Assembly (NCBI GenBank): GCA_934169925.1
Contig: CAKPOO010000002.1
Location: 141,269-205,268, forward strand
Direction: 5' to 3'
Origin: an uncultured Clostridia bacterium
GTDB taxonomy: Bacteria > Bacillota > Clostridia > TANB77 > CAG-465
Length of the DNA stretch: 64,000 bases
Position numbers and translations under genes: made by a program. Each line of letters begins with the position of its first letter. Within the stretch, counting starts at the first letter, position 1. Shown here in pieces: positions 19,636 to 28,772 of the stretch. The notes below the pieces were generated by a model that did not search any database, was not told the DNA's origin, and saw nothing but the letters and a program-made list of their open reading frames with translations.

Positions 19636-19652
19636 AATTACTCTCTTTTTAG
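19621..19652 (+). terminator. Rho-independent terminator overlapping the addB stop codon.
   Basis: Perfect 10-bp stem gagagtaatt / aattactctc with loop gttaa, then ttttt. Confidence 0.65.
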
Positions 19653-19830
19653 CTAAATTTCAAGCTTTATTATACAAAAGTTTCGTTAATGTAATAATTT
19701 TGTAAAAATAAGTCATATACCTTGATTTTTTTTGAAAAAAAGATATAATAATAGTGTATAAGTATGGGTATATTTATATAAACATTAAATTGTTTTAACA
19801 TAGATCAATTTTATGTAGAGAGGGGAATAT

Positions 19831-21153
19831 ATGGCAGATATCGTAGTAAGTTCCAAGAAAAAAGTTAATATTTTTGACCGTGTTATACAAAGTGTCGTTA
19901 TCATGGTTAATATGAATAAAATGAATAGAGCTATTGATGAGCACTTAAATGTTGTTAATAGAGCAGAAACTGATGATAAGAGAATTTATGAAGAAAATAT
20001 ATTAAGAGAAATCGTTTTTGTAAAATATCAATATAATATAATGCAAAGACAAATGTATGAATTAAAAATTCCATATTCTGATGAAATAGTAGATAAAATT
20101 AATTCTACAGAAAAAACTGATAGATTAGAGCTTCAAAGAGAATTTTTGGAAATGGAATATGACAGAGTTACTAGATCAAAATTTAAATCAAGAGAAGAAG
20201 TAAAATATGATTTACTTGTTATTTCTTCAGCTATTGATGCTGTAAAACAAAGTATAAAAGATGAAGGAAAAGCAAGAAGATATAATAGTGTTATAAAAGC
20301 AGCAGAGGAAATAGATACAGCAGTTCAAACTGAAGTATATGAAGAAAATATGTATAAAGAATTCTTTGATGCTGTTGATGAATATGTAGGTTATATAAAT
20401 GATAATTATGATATTTCAAAATTACCTTCTGATGAAAGAGAATTAATTGAATTTGTCATAGAAACTATGATAAAAGGTGTAGAATCAGACATAGATAAAC
20501 ATTTATATGAATATAAACTTGTTATTAATATTTGTAAAAACTCATATAGATACTTTAAAATTATTGATAAAATATTTGAAAAGTTACAAAAAATATATGA
20601 TGAGAGCTTAGAAAGTGGAATCATTGAATTAGATGATTATGTAAAAATGTTTAAAGATATCTATGATGAAAAAATAAAAACTATGGTTAATGATGTTCAT
20701 AGAACTTTAAAAACTGAAGATGAATATTTTGAATATTCTAAGCTTTTAGCAGCTGAAGATGATGAAAATAAAGAAAAGTTAGATGACTTTATTTTAAGTA
20801 GAGCTCTTGAAACTGCTACTGTTGAAAAAGTAAAAGATATTATAAATAAAAAACTATTATCCAAAAAGATTGTAGAAGAAGTAAAAGAACCTGAAATTGT
20901 AACTATAAATGAAGATATTGTTGAAGATATTGTATTAGATAAAGTAAAAAATGAAGAAGAAAATAAAGAAGAAAATAAAGAAAACGAGAGTAAAGTAAGA
21001 CTTGGAATTACAAAAACTATAAGAAAAGTAGGTAGACCAAGAAAAGTAAAAACTGAGGAAGAAGAAACTAAAACTTCTAAAACTAAAAAAGCAAAGACTG
21101 TTAAAGCAGTTAAAACTACAACAAGAAAAACAAAAAAAGTTGTATCAGAATAA
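19831..21153 (+). CDS. Hypothetical acidic coiled-coil protein with a basic C-terminal tail that carries an AT-hook-like GRPRK core and KT-rich repeats resembling a histone H1 tail.
   Basis: Promoter TTGATT…TATAAT at about 19723-19753. GAGGGG RBS. C terminus …KTIRKVGRPRKVKTEEEETKTSKTKKAKTVKAVKTTTRKTKK. Confidence 0.5.
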   Translation: MADIVVSSKKKVNIFDRVIQSVVIMVNMNKMNRAIDEHLNVVNRAETDDKRIYEENILREIVFVKYQYNIMQRQMYELKIPYSDEIVDKINSTEKTDRLELQREFLEMEYDRVTRSKFKSREEVKYDLLVISSAIDAVKQSIKDEGKARRYNSVIKAAEEIDTAVQTEVYEENMYKEFFDAVDEYVGYINDNYDISKLPSDERELIEFVIETMIKGVESDIDKHLYEYKLVINICKNSYRYFKIIDKIFEKLQKIYDESLESGIIELDDYVKMFKDIYDEKIKTMVNDVHRTLKTEDEYFEYSKLLAAEDDENKEKLDDFILSRALETATVEKVKDIINKKLLSKKIVEEVKEPEIVTINEDIVEDIVLDKVKNEEENKEENKENESKVRLGITKTIRKVGRPRKVKTEEEETKTSKTKKAKTVKAVKTTTRKTKKVVSE

Positions 21154-21291
21154 ATTATAAATATACATCAGGGTTTTCCTTGATGTATATTTAATATATG
21201 GAAAAATTGTATTCATATTAAAATATGACAAATTTTTAATAATTCATGTAGTATTATATATAGCAATAGACAAATAAATGAGGTGGATATT

Positions 21292-23640
21292 ATGACTTAC
21301 AATAGATACATAGATACAATTGAAAATAAAGTATCTAGTATTTTAAAAAAAATTGATTTTAAAATTTCGTTTAAAATAATTTTCTTTATTTTAATTTCGT
21401 TTTTATTACCAGCAAAAAGTTTTCTTGGCAGCTTTTTTCCATTTGCTTATGTTTTACTTGCTGTAGGTTCAGTATATGATGTGCCACTTATAGCATTAAT
21501 AATACCAAATATATTAAGTGGAATTGTATTTAATGTTGAAGGCTTTAATATAATAAATTTAATTGCATTCTTTTTTGTATTTAGTTTAATAACAGCATTT
21601 ATTAATATTGAGGGAATAAGTAAAAAAAATTCTGTTTTTGTGAAATTTTTAATCTCTATGGTTGCAGTAAATGGAGTTATTAATTTCTTTAATGGAACAT
21701 TAATTAGTGAACTTTTTTATTCATTAACTGACATATTAATAGCATCTATTTTTTATTATATTTTTATATATGGTTCAAATGTTGCAATTAATTTTAAAAA
21801 AGGCTTTATTTTTTCAAAAGAAGAAGAAGTTTCTTTTGTTGTTTTACTTGCAGTAATAATAAGCTTCTTTTCAAAAATAGATATAGGAAAATATAATCTT
21901 GCAAACATAATAGTCACTGCTTTAATTTTAATTTATTCATGGAAAAATGACTCTATAACATCAGTGTGTGCAGGTTTTATGACAGGACTTATATATTTAT
22001 TTTTATGTGATACTAATATTTCATTTCCAATTAGTCTTGCAGTAACAGGTCTTATTTCATCTGTTTTTTCAAGATTTGGAAAGATTCCTGTTTTACTTGG
22101 TTTTATAATTGGAAATATATATATATCATATTTTGTAAATGATTTTTCAGACTTTAATTTAAGACTTGCAGAGATAGTGTTTTCATCTGTAGTATTGTTA
22201 TTTATGCCAAAATATGTTGAGGGTAAAGTAGAAAAATTATTTAATAAAAATAAGACAATTGATAAACCTTATGAAAATGTACTTGATTCTGCAGATAAGA
22301 TTGAGGAAAAAGTAGATGTAGTAACAAAAATATTTGATGAGTTATCAAATCAAAATATTGTTGTTTCTAAAGATGAAATGGAAGAAACAAGGCAAGTAAT
22401 AAAAAAATATATTAATGATTATATTGAAAATAATTGTATATCATGTTTAAGAAGAAAAGCTTGTTTAGATGAAGAAAGACTTAATTTAACAGTTGATTAT
22501 ATAGCAGGTAAACTTGAAAAAAATGAAAATATAAATGCTGATATGCTATATTTTGGATGTAATACAAATAAAGAGAAAATAATTAATAATATAAAAGAAA
22601 TTTATGACGGAATTAAAATAACAAGAATATTAAAACGTAAAGAAAATGATGCTTCACAAAAAGTTAATATGCAATATAAAGAAGTATCAAATATATTATC
22701 AAAAATTGTTAAAGAGAATAAAAAAGAAAATAAAAAAATTGATATCATTCAAGAAAAAATAAGAGCAGAACTTAAATTTTATGGTTATGTAATTTATGAA
22801 GATGAATATGTAAAAGATGGGGATGATATTGAGTATCTATTTGTTACAGATATTTTAAATAATATTGAAAAGCAGAAAAAACAAATATTATCAATTATTT
22901 CAAATGTATTTGCAAAACCAATGTCTGTTAAGTTAATTTTAAATAGTAGTAAGACAGAAAGATCAAAGATAAAAGTTGTTTCTGTTCCAAAATTTAAAGT
23001 AAGAAATGGAATTGCTAGTGCTACTAAAACAGGTGAAATTGTATCGGGAGATTCATATGTAACAGTAGAATTACAAGATTTAAGAATTCTAAGTGCTATT
23101 AGTGATGGTGCAGGTTCTGGAATTGAAGCTTCTAAAAGTTCAGAAAATGTAATTTTAAATTTACAAAGATTGCTTGAAAGTGGCTTTTCAAAAGAAAGTG
23201 CAATAGAGATTATAAATAGTATTTTAAAATTAAAAACAAATAATGAAATGTTTACAACCCTTGATACAATGTTTATAAATCAAAAAAATGGTGAAGCAGA
23301 GTTTATAAAAATTGCTTCTGCACCAACATATATTTTAAGTAAAGGAAAAATTACGACAATTCAAAACAATAATATTCCACTTGGACTTGTTAGTGTAACA
23401 GATTATATTCCAATACAAAAGAAATTAGATGATAAAGATATAATAATTCAAATTAGTGATGGAGTTATAAAAGAAAATGATGATAAAAATGAAAATATTT
23501 TAACAAGATATTTAAAACAATTGGATACATCAAAAACATCACAAAATATTGCAGATGAAATTTTAAAACTTGCAATAAAAGATATATCAAATATACCCGA
23601 TGATATAACTGTAATTGTTACTAAACTTCAAAAAAATTAA
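21292..23640 (+). CDS. spoIIE: Stage II sporulation protein E (polytopic membrane domain plus PP2C-type phosphatase).
   Basis: About 10 N-terminal TM helices. C-terminal PP2C block (…TGEIVSGDSYVTVELQDLRILSAISDGAGSGIEASKSS…). GAGGTGG RBS, then the ATG at 21292 (the listed ORF starts at a GTG inside the RBS). Confidence 0.8.
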   Translation: MTYNRYIDTIENKVSSILKKIDFKISFKIIFFILISFLLPAKSFLGSFFPFAYVLLAVGSVYDVPLIALIIPNILSGIVFNVEGFNIINLIAFFFVFSLITAFINIEGISKKNSVFVKFLISMVAVNGVINFFNGTLISELFYSLTDILIASIFYYIFIYGSNVAINFKKGFIFSKEEEVSFVVLLAVIISFFSKIDIGKYNLANIIVTALILIYSWKNDSITSVCAGFMTGLIYLFLCDTNISFPISLAVTGLISSVFSRFGKIPVLLGFIIGNIYISYFVNDFSDFNLRLAEIVFSSVVLLFMPKYVEGKVEKLFNKNKTIDKPYENVLDSADKIEEKVDVVTKIFDELSNQNIVVSKDEMEETRQVIKKYINDYIENNCISCLRRKACLDEERLNLTVDYIAGKLEKNENINADMLYFGCNTNKEKIINNIKEIYDGIKITRILKRKENDASQKVNMQYKEVSNILSKIVKENKKENKKIDIIQEKIRAELKFYGYVIYEDEYVKDGDDIEYLFVTDILNNIEKQKKQILSIISNVFAKPMSVKLILNSSKTERSKIKVVSVPKFKVRNGIASATKTGEIVSGDSYVTVELQDLRILSAISDGAGSGIEASKSSENVILNLQRLLESGFSKESAIEIINSILKLKTNNEMFTTLDTMFINQKNGEAEFIKIASAPTYILSKGKITTIQNNNIPLGLVSVTDYIPIQKKLDDKDIIIQISDGVIKENDDKNENILTRYLKQLDTSKTSQNIADEILKLAIKDISNIPDDITVIVTKLQKN

Positions 23641-23694
23641 TTCTAATTTTAGATTTTTTAAAATTTTGTTGAAAACATTTTTTAGATATTGTAT

Positions 23695-23737
23695 AATGTT
23701 AATGTAGTTAGTGTAAATTACATTAACATTTTTTATT
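23695..23737 (+). terminator. Likely spoIIE terminator.
   Basis: Perfect 12-bp inverted repeat aatgttaatgta / tacattaacatt separated by a 12-nt loop, followed by ttttttatt. Confidence 0.5.
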
Positions 23738-23793
23738 CAAGCTTGCTTGATATTACGTTATTTTTTAAAATTAAAATATAAGGAGAGATAAAA

Positions 23794-24816
23794 ATGGTAA
23801 ATGATAAAGAAGTAAAAACTGCTGTATCACCTTTTGCTGTTAGGGAAAATGAAATTAAAGTTTTTGACGGTAAGGATGGATTTGCATCAATAAATCAAGT
23901 AGTTTTCAAAATGGATATGGGATATATCAATGAATCTCATATTAAAGCTTTAGAAATTGTAAATGAGTTTGGATTTGTAACTTCAAGACAAGTTACACAA
24001 ATTCTTGATTTAAGAGGAAAATTAAATGATATAGAAGAAGATAAAAAACAAACTAGAGTTTCAAAATGGTTGGAAGATTTAACAAAATCAAAAGTAATTT
24101 CTAGATATTATTTCCAAAGTGAATCAGGAAAAAGTTCATATAGAGCATATGCAATGGATAAAATTGCTACATATATTTTAAAGCAAAGAAACATTGCTAC
24201 AACTTGGCAACCAACAGATAATACAAAACCTGCTTATGCAGTAAAAAGAAAACTTGCTGGAAATCAAGTATTAATTGCATATATGCAAAAAGTAGCTGCA
24301 TTTTCTTCATCTAATCCAAATTTATTATTATATTCAAAAAAATATAATGTTAAATTCAAACCAACTGGAGGACTTGTTACACTTAAGGAAAATACTGATG
24401 AAGTAAATTTTGTATTTGAAATTGTTAGAAGAAATGAAGATTGGCAAAATATGTTTGCTGAAAAAATGCAACTATATAGTGATTTTTATGAAAATTTTGC
24501 AAGAAATGATGCAGGATTTTATGATAAACCACAACTTGTATTGGTTGGTGAAGACGTACAACATTTTGCTGATATGTTTAGAATAATTAAGAAAGTAAAT
24601 TGTGTAATACCAGATTCAGAATTATTCTTTACAACTGAGCTTAGACATTTAGAACCAGATTTAATGGAATCAATAAGTGTTTTTGAATTAGAACCTGAAA
24701 GTAAAAAGTACAAACTTGTAACTAAAAACTTAGATATATTAAAACCTGGTAAAAACGATAATAAAAAGGATTTAAATGTTGATATGAAATTTAATCCTAA
24801 TATGATTGTTGAATAG
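23794..24816 (+). CDS. Hypothetical 340-aa protein with an N-terminal winged-helix-like segment, possibly replication-relaxation-family-like.
   Basis: AAGGAGAG RBS. Segment SHIKALEIVNEFGFVTSRQVTQILDL…ISRYYF…YRAYAMDKIATYIL resembles a wHTH followed by a wing. No enzymatic motif seen. Confidence 0.4.
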   Translation: MVNDKEVKTAVSPFAVRENEIKVFDGKDGFASINQVVFKMDMGYINESHIKALEIVNEFGFVTSRQVTQILDLRGKLNDIEEDKKQTRVSKWLEDLTKSKVISRYYFQSESGKSSYRAYAMDKIATYILKQRNIATTWQPTDNTKPAYAVKRKLAGNQVLIAYMQKVAAFSSSNPNLLLYSKKYNVKFKPTGGLVTLKENTDEVNFVFEIVRRNEDWQNMFAEKMQLYSDFYENFARNDAGFYDKPQLVLVGEDVQHFADMFRIIKKVNCVIPDSELFFTTELRHLEPDLMESISVFELEPESKKYKLVTKNLDILKPGKNDNKKDLNVDMKFNPNMIVE

Positions 24817-24964
24817 TTTATTATATAAATAGGTATAACTTTTGTTATATCTATTTTTTTGTTATATTAAATCTTTTTTTGTAGAATTTACAAATATTGT
24901 TATTTTATACTTGAATTTTGATTTTGTTTGAGATACAATCATTTTTGTAAGAGGAGGAATTATT

Positions 24965-25999
24965 ATGGCAGTAAAAGTTGCAATAAATGGTTTTGGACGT
25001 ATAGGACGTCTTGCATTTAGACAAATGTTTGGAGCTGAAGGCTATGAAGTCGTTGCAATTAACGATTTAACAAGTCCTAAAATGTTAGCTCAATTATTAA
25101 AATATGATTCAGCACAAGGTAGATATGAAAAAGCAGATAGTGTTGTAGCAGGAGAAGATAGCATAACAGTAGATGGAAAAACAATAAAAATATATGCAGA
25201 AGCTGATGCTTCAAAATTACCTTGGGGAGATTTAGGAGTAGATGTTGTACTTGAATGTACAGGATTTTATACTTCAAAAGAAAAATCAGAAGCTCACATT
25301 AAAGCTGGAGCAAAAAAAGTTGTTATATCAGCACCAGCAGGTTCTGATTTACCAACAATAGTTTTTGGTGTAAATGAAAATACATTAACTAAAGATGATA
25401 ATGTAATTTCTGCAGCATCTTGCACAACTAACTGTTTAGCACCAATGGCTAAAACATTAAATGAATTTGCACCAATAAAATCAGGTATAATGACAACTGT
25501 ACACGCATATACAGGAGATCAAATGTTACTTGATGGACCACACAGAAAAGGTGATTTAAGAAGAGCAAGAGCAGCTGCTGTAAATATAGTACCAAATTCA
25601 ACTGGTGCTGCAAAAGCTATAGGTCTTGTTATACCAGAATTAAATGGTAAATTAATTGGTTCTGCACAAAGAGTTCCAGTTCCAACTGGTTCAACTACAA
25701 TTTTAGTTGCAGTTGTTGAAGGTAAAGATATCACTGTTGAAAAAATAAATGAAGCGATGAAAAAAGCTTCAAGTGAATCATTTGGATATACAGAAGAATT
25801 ACTTGTTTCTTCTGATGTTATCGGAATGAGATATGGTTCTTTATTTGATGCAACACAAACAATGGTAACAAAAATTGATGATAATACTTATCAAGTACAA
25901 GTTGTTGCTTGGTATGATAATGAAAATTCATATACAAGTCAAATGGTTAGAACTATCAAATATTTAGCAGAACTTGATATTGAAAATTTAGATGATTAA
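24965..25999 (+). CDS. gap: Glyceraldehyde-3-phosphate dehydrogenase.
   Basis: [12 protein letters not shown]-binding motif and catalytic [21 protein letters not shown]. Confidence 0.9.
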   Translation: MAVKVAINGFGRIGRLAFRQMFGAEGYEVVAINDLTSPKMLAQLLKYDSAQGRYEKADSVVAGEDSITVDGKTIKIYAEADASKLPWGDLGVDVVLECTGFYTSKEKSEAHIKAGAKKVVISAPAGSDLPTIVFGVNENTLTKDDNVISAASCTTNCLAPMAKTLNEFAPIKSGIMTTVHAYTGDQMLLDGPHRKGDLRRARAAAVNIVPNSTGAAKAIGLVIPELNGKLIGSAQRVPVPTGSTTILVAVVEGKDITVEKINEAMKKASSESFGYTEELLVSSDVIGMRYGSLFDATQTMVTKIDDNTYQVQVVAWYDNENSYTSQMVRTIKYLAELDIENLDD

Positions 26000-26005
26000 C
26001 TTTTT

Positions 26006-26033
26006 AGGAACACTTGCAAAGTGTTCCTTTTTG
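26006..26033 (+). terminator. Intercistronic hairpin-terminator between gap and pgk; may allow partial read-through.
   Basis: Perfect stem aggaacactt / agtgttcct with loop gcaa, then tttt. Confidence 0.55.
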
Positions 26034-26076
26034 ATATAAAATATGTATGTTGATAATTTAAATAGGGGTGGAATAT

Positions 26077-27249
26077 ATGGATAAAAAAACTGTAGAAGAT
26101 ATTAATTTAGATTCAAAAAAAGTTTTGGTTAGATGTGATTTTAATGTTCCTTTAGATAAAGAAGGAAATATTACAAGTGATAAAAGAATAATAGAATCTT
26201 TAAAGACAATTAATTATTTACTTGATCATAATTGTAAGATAATTCTTTGTTCACATATTGGAAAAACAGGTCAAAACAAAACTTTATTACCAGTTGCAAA
26301 AAGACTTTCAGAAATATATAACAAAAATATCATGTTACTAAAAGATTATTATTCAAAAGACACAAAAAGAATAATTGATAGTATGAATGAAAAAGATATA
26401 GTTTTACTTGAAAATACTAGAATGTATGAGGGTGAAGAAAAAAATGATGTAGAACTTGCTAAAAAAATGGCTTCTTTTGCAGACGTATTTGTAAATGATG
26501 CATTTGGTTCTGCTCATAGAGCACATGCATCAACTGAAGGGGTTACACATTATTTACCATCAGTATCAGGATTTTTAATTGAAAAAGAATTAAAAGCTTT
26601 AGATAAAGGAATAAATGAACCCAAAAGACCACTTGTTGCAATTGTAGGTGGTTCAAAAGTTTCAAGTAAAATAGCTGTATTAAATGCTTTACTTGATAAG
26701 GTTGATACTTTACTTATTGGTGGTGCAATGACATACACTTTTATAAAAGCTGAAGGTGGAAAAATTGGTAAATCTTTATGTGAAGATGATAAACTAGATG
26801 TTGCAAAAGAAATCTTAGAAAAAGCAAAAGAAAAAAATGTAAAATTATTACTACCTGTAGATAACGTTGTTGCTACAGAAATGACAGAAGATGCACAAAC
26901 AAAAATTACACCAGTAAATGCTGTTCCTAAGAACATGATGGGACTTGATATTGGACCTGAAACTATAGAATTATTTAAAGAAGAAATAAAAAAGGCAAAG
27001 ACTGTTGTATGGAATGGACCTGTTGGTGTGTTTGAAGTTGATAAATTTGCAAATGGTACAAAAGAAATTGCAACTGCCATGGCAAATTCAGATGCAATAA
27101 CTATAATCGGTGGAGGAGATAGCGCTGCAGCTGTTGAAAAGTTTGGACTTGAAGAAAAAATGACACATGTTTCAACTGGTGGAGGAGCATCTTTAGAGCT
27201 TATGGAAGGTAAAAAATTACCTGGAATTGAAGCTTTAGAAAATAAATAA
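26077..27249 (+). CDS. pgk: Phosphoglycerate kinase.
   Basis: RCDFNVP N-terminal motif, hinge, and C-terminal GGGAS…STGGGA motifs. GGGGTGG RBS, then the ATG at 26077. Confidence 0.9.
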   Translation: MDKKTVEDINLDSKKVLVRCDFNVPLDKEGNITSDKRIIESLKTINYLLDHNCKIILCSHIGKTGQNKTLLPVAKRLSEIYNKNIMLLKDYYSKDTKRIIDSMNEKDIVLLENTRMYEGEEKNDVELAKKMASFADVFVNDAFGSAHRAHASTEGVTHYLPSVSGFLIEKELKALDKGINEPKRPLVAIVGGSKVSSKIAVLNALLDKVDTLLIGGAMTYTFIKAEGGKIGKSLCEDDKLDVAKEILEKAKEKNVKLLLPVDNVVATEMTEDAQTKITPVNAVPKNMMGLDIGPETIELFKEEIKKAKTVVWNGPVGVFEVDKFANGTKEIATAMANSDAITIIGGGDSAAAVEKFGLEEKMTHVSTGGGASLELMEGKKLPGIEALENK

Positions 27250-27271
27250 TAAAAATATAAAGGAATATAAT

Positions 27272-27862
27272 ATGGAAAATAGAAAAATATCAAATATCGC
27301 AACGAGAAGTGCGAATGTAAATAATAGTAATTTTAATTCAGCAAAAAATGTTAGTCCCAAAAAAGCATATCAAAAGACTAGTGCAAAAAAGAAGAAAAAG
27401 AAAAGTGTAAGTAAAAATATGTTAAAGATTTTAATATTAGTTTTTTGTGTTGCTTTGCTTGTATTTTTCATTAATATTAACAAAAAAATATCAGATAATG
27501 ATAATATTTCAAAATTAAATGCAAAAAGTTATGCGGTGCAAATTAAAAATTTGTATGATAGCAATCAATCTGAAAGAATATCAAAATTTTTAGAAGATGT
27601 TGCATCTATACAACAAGATGTTTATAACTATTTTTATTCTTCAAAAAATATTGATAAAACAAATGAGGAATTACAAAAAGAAGTAAATGAAAAATTTGAA
27701 TCTGGTAACTTTTCAGATATTTCAGATGCTAAACTTATTTTTTGGAATGGAACATGGAAATGTGATGAATATGGAAATGTAGTATTTAAATTTGCAAATA
27801 AAGATATTGAGCCAGCATGGATTGATGATTCTAGAGTTTCAGATTATATTGAAAAAAACTAG
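27272..27862 (+). CDS. Hypothetical single-pass membrane protein (basic N-terminal tail, one TM helix, extracytoplasmic domain) inserted between pgk and tpiA.
   Basis: AAAGGAAT RBS. KKKKKK tail, then TM helix ILILVFCVALLVFFI. No known motif. Confidence 0.45.
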   Translation: MENRKISNIATRSANVNNSNFNSAKNVSPKKAYQKTSAKKKKKKSVSKNMLKILILVFCVALLVFFININKKISDNDNISKLNAKSYAVQIKNLYDSNQSERISKFLEDVASIQQDVYNYFYSSKNIDKTNEELQKEVNEKFESGNFSDISDAKLIFWNGTWKCDEYGNVVFKFANKDIEPAWIDDSRVSDYIEKN

Positions 27863-27868
27863 AAAAAT

Positions 27869-27901
27869 AAAGAACAAGGTTTTGCTTGTTCTTTATTTTT
27901 C
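27869..27901 (+). terminator. Rho-independent terminator after the inserted membrane protein gene.
   Basis: Stem aaagaacaag / cttgttcttt with loop gttttg, then attttt. Confidence 0.6.
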
Positions 27902-27969
27902 CTATATTTAAATTACTTGAATAAAATGTTATTGTGTAGTAAAATAATAATATTGAAAGGGATGATTTT

Positions 27970-28716
27970 ATGAGAAAAAAGATAATTGCTGCTAATTGGA
28001 AAATGAATTACACAGTTAATCAAGCTGAGGATTTTATAACTAAAATAAAGGATAGAATAAATACTGATGAAGTAGATGTTGTAGTTTGTCCTAACTTTGT
28101 TTCTATTGATAGAGTATCAAATATTTTAGAGGGAACAAATATAAAAACTGGGGCACAAAATGTATATTTTGAACCAAAGGGAGCATATACTGGCGAGACA
28201 TCAGTAGATATGTTAATTGGTGCAAATGTTAAGTATTGTATAGTTGGCCATAGCGAAAGAAGAAGTTTGTTTAATGAAACAAATGAAATAGTAAATAAAA
28301 AAGTACATGCTTTACTAGAAAAAGATTTAAACCCTATAGTTTGTGTTGGAGAAACTTTAGAGCAAAGAAATTCATCTAAGATGTTTGAAGTTGTTGGAAA
28401 TCAAATAAAAGAATCTTTAAAAGATGTTTCTAAAGAACAAATGCAAAGAAATGTTGTAATTGCATATGAACCAATTTGGGCAATAGGTACAGGTGTTACT
28501 GCTACATCTACACAAGCACAAGAAATGTGCAAATTTATACGTAGTTGTATATCAGCAATGTTTGATGAAAAGACATCTCAAATAGTAAGAATTCAATATG
28601 GTGGTAGTGTAAAACCAGCTAATGTAAAAGAAATACTTGAAATGCCAGATATAGATGGTGCTTTAGTTGGTGGTGCAAGTCTTACTGAAGATTTTGTTGC
28701 TATTGTTAATTACTAA
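27970..28716 (+). CDS. tpiA: Triosephosphate isomerase.
   Basis: IAANWKMN start, catalytic AYEPIWAIGTG, and GGASL. Confidence 0.9.
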   Translation: MRKKIIAANWKMNYTVNQAEDFITKIKDRINTDEVDVVVCPNFVSIDRVSNILEGTNIKTGAQNVYFEPKGAYTGETSVDMLIGANVKYCIVGHSERRSLFNETNEIVNKKVHALLEKDLNPIVCVGETLEQRNSSKMFEVVGNQIKESLKDVSKEQMQRNVVIAYEPIWAIGTGVTATSTQAQEMCKFIRSCISAMFDEKTSQIVRIQYGGSVKPANVKEILEMPDIDGALVGGASLTEDFVAIVNY

Positions 28717-28772
28717 TTGTAATATTAAAAAAATGTGATATAATTAATAGGAATTTAAGGAAGGTAAATAAT

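Noticed and set aside
20940-20995. Tandem gaagaaaataaa repeats considered as a possible CRISPR or VNTR repeat
   Set aside because: Lies in-frame inside the 19831-21153 CDS, where it encodes NEEENKEENKEN low-complexity sequence. No spacer-repeat structure.
23691-23699. Extended -10-like tgtataat immediately upstream of the 12-bp inverted repeat
   Set aside because: No matching -35. The sequence overlaps the hairpin that, with its T run, is better explained as the spoIIE terminator. The downstream gene has a separate TTGATA…TAAAAT promoter candidate.
26550-27302. 250-aa minus-strand ORF
   Set aside because: Antisense to pgk, which has unambiguous motifs. No RBS. Composition artefact.
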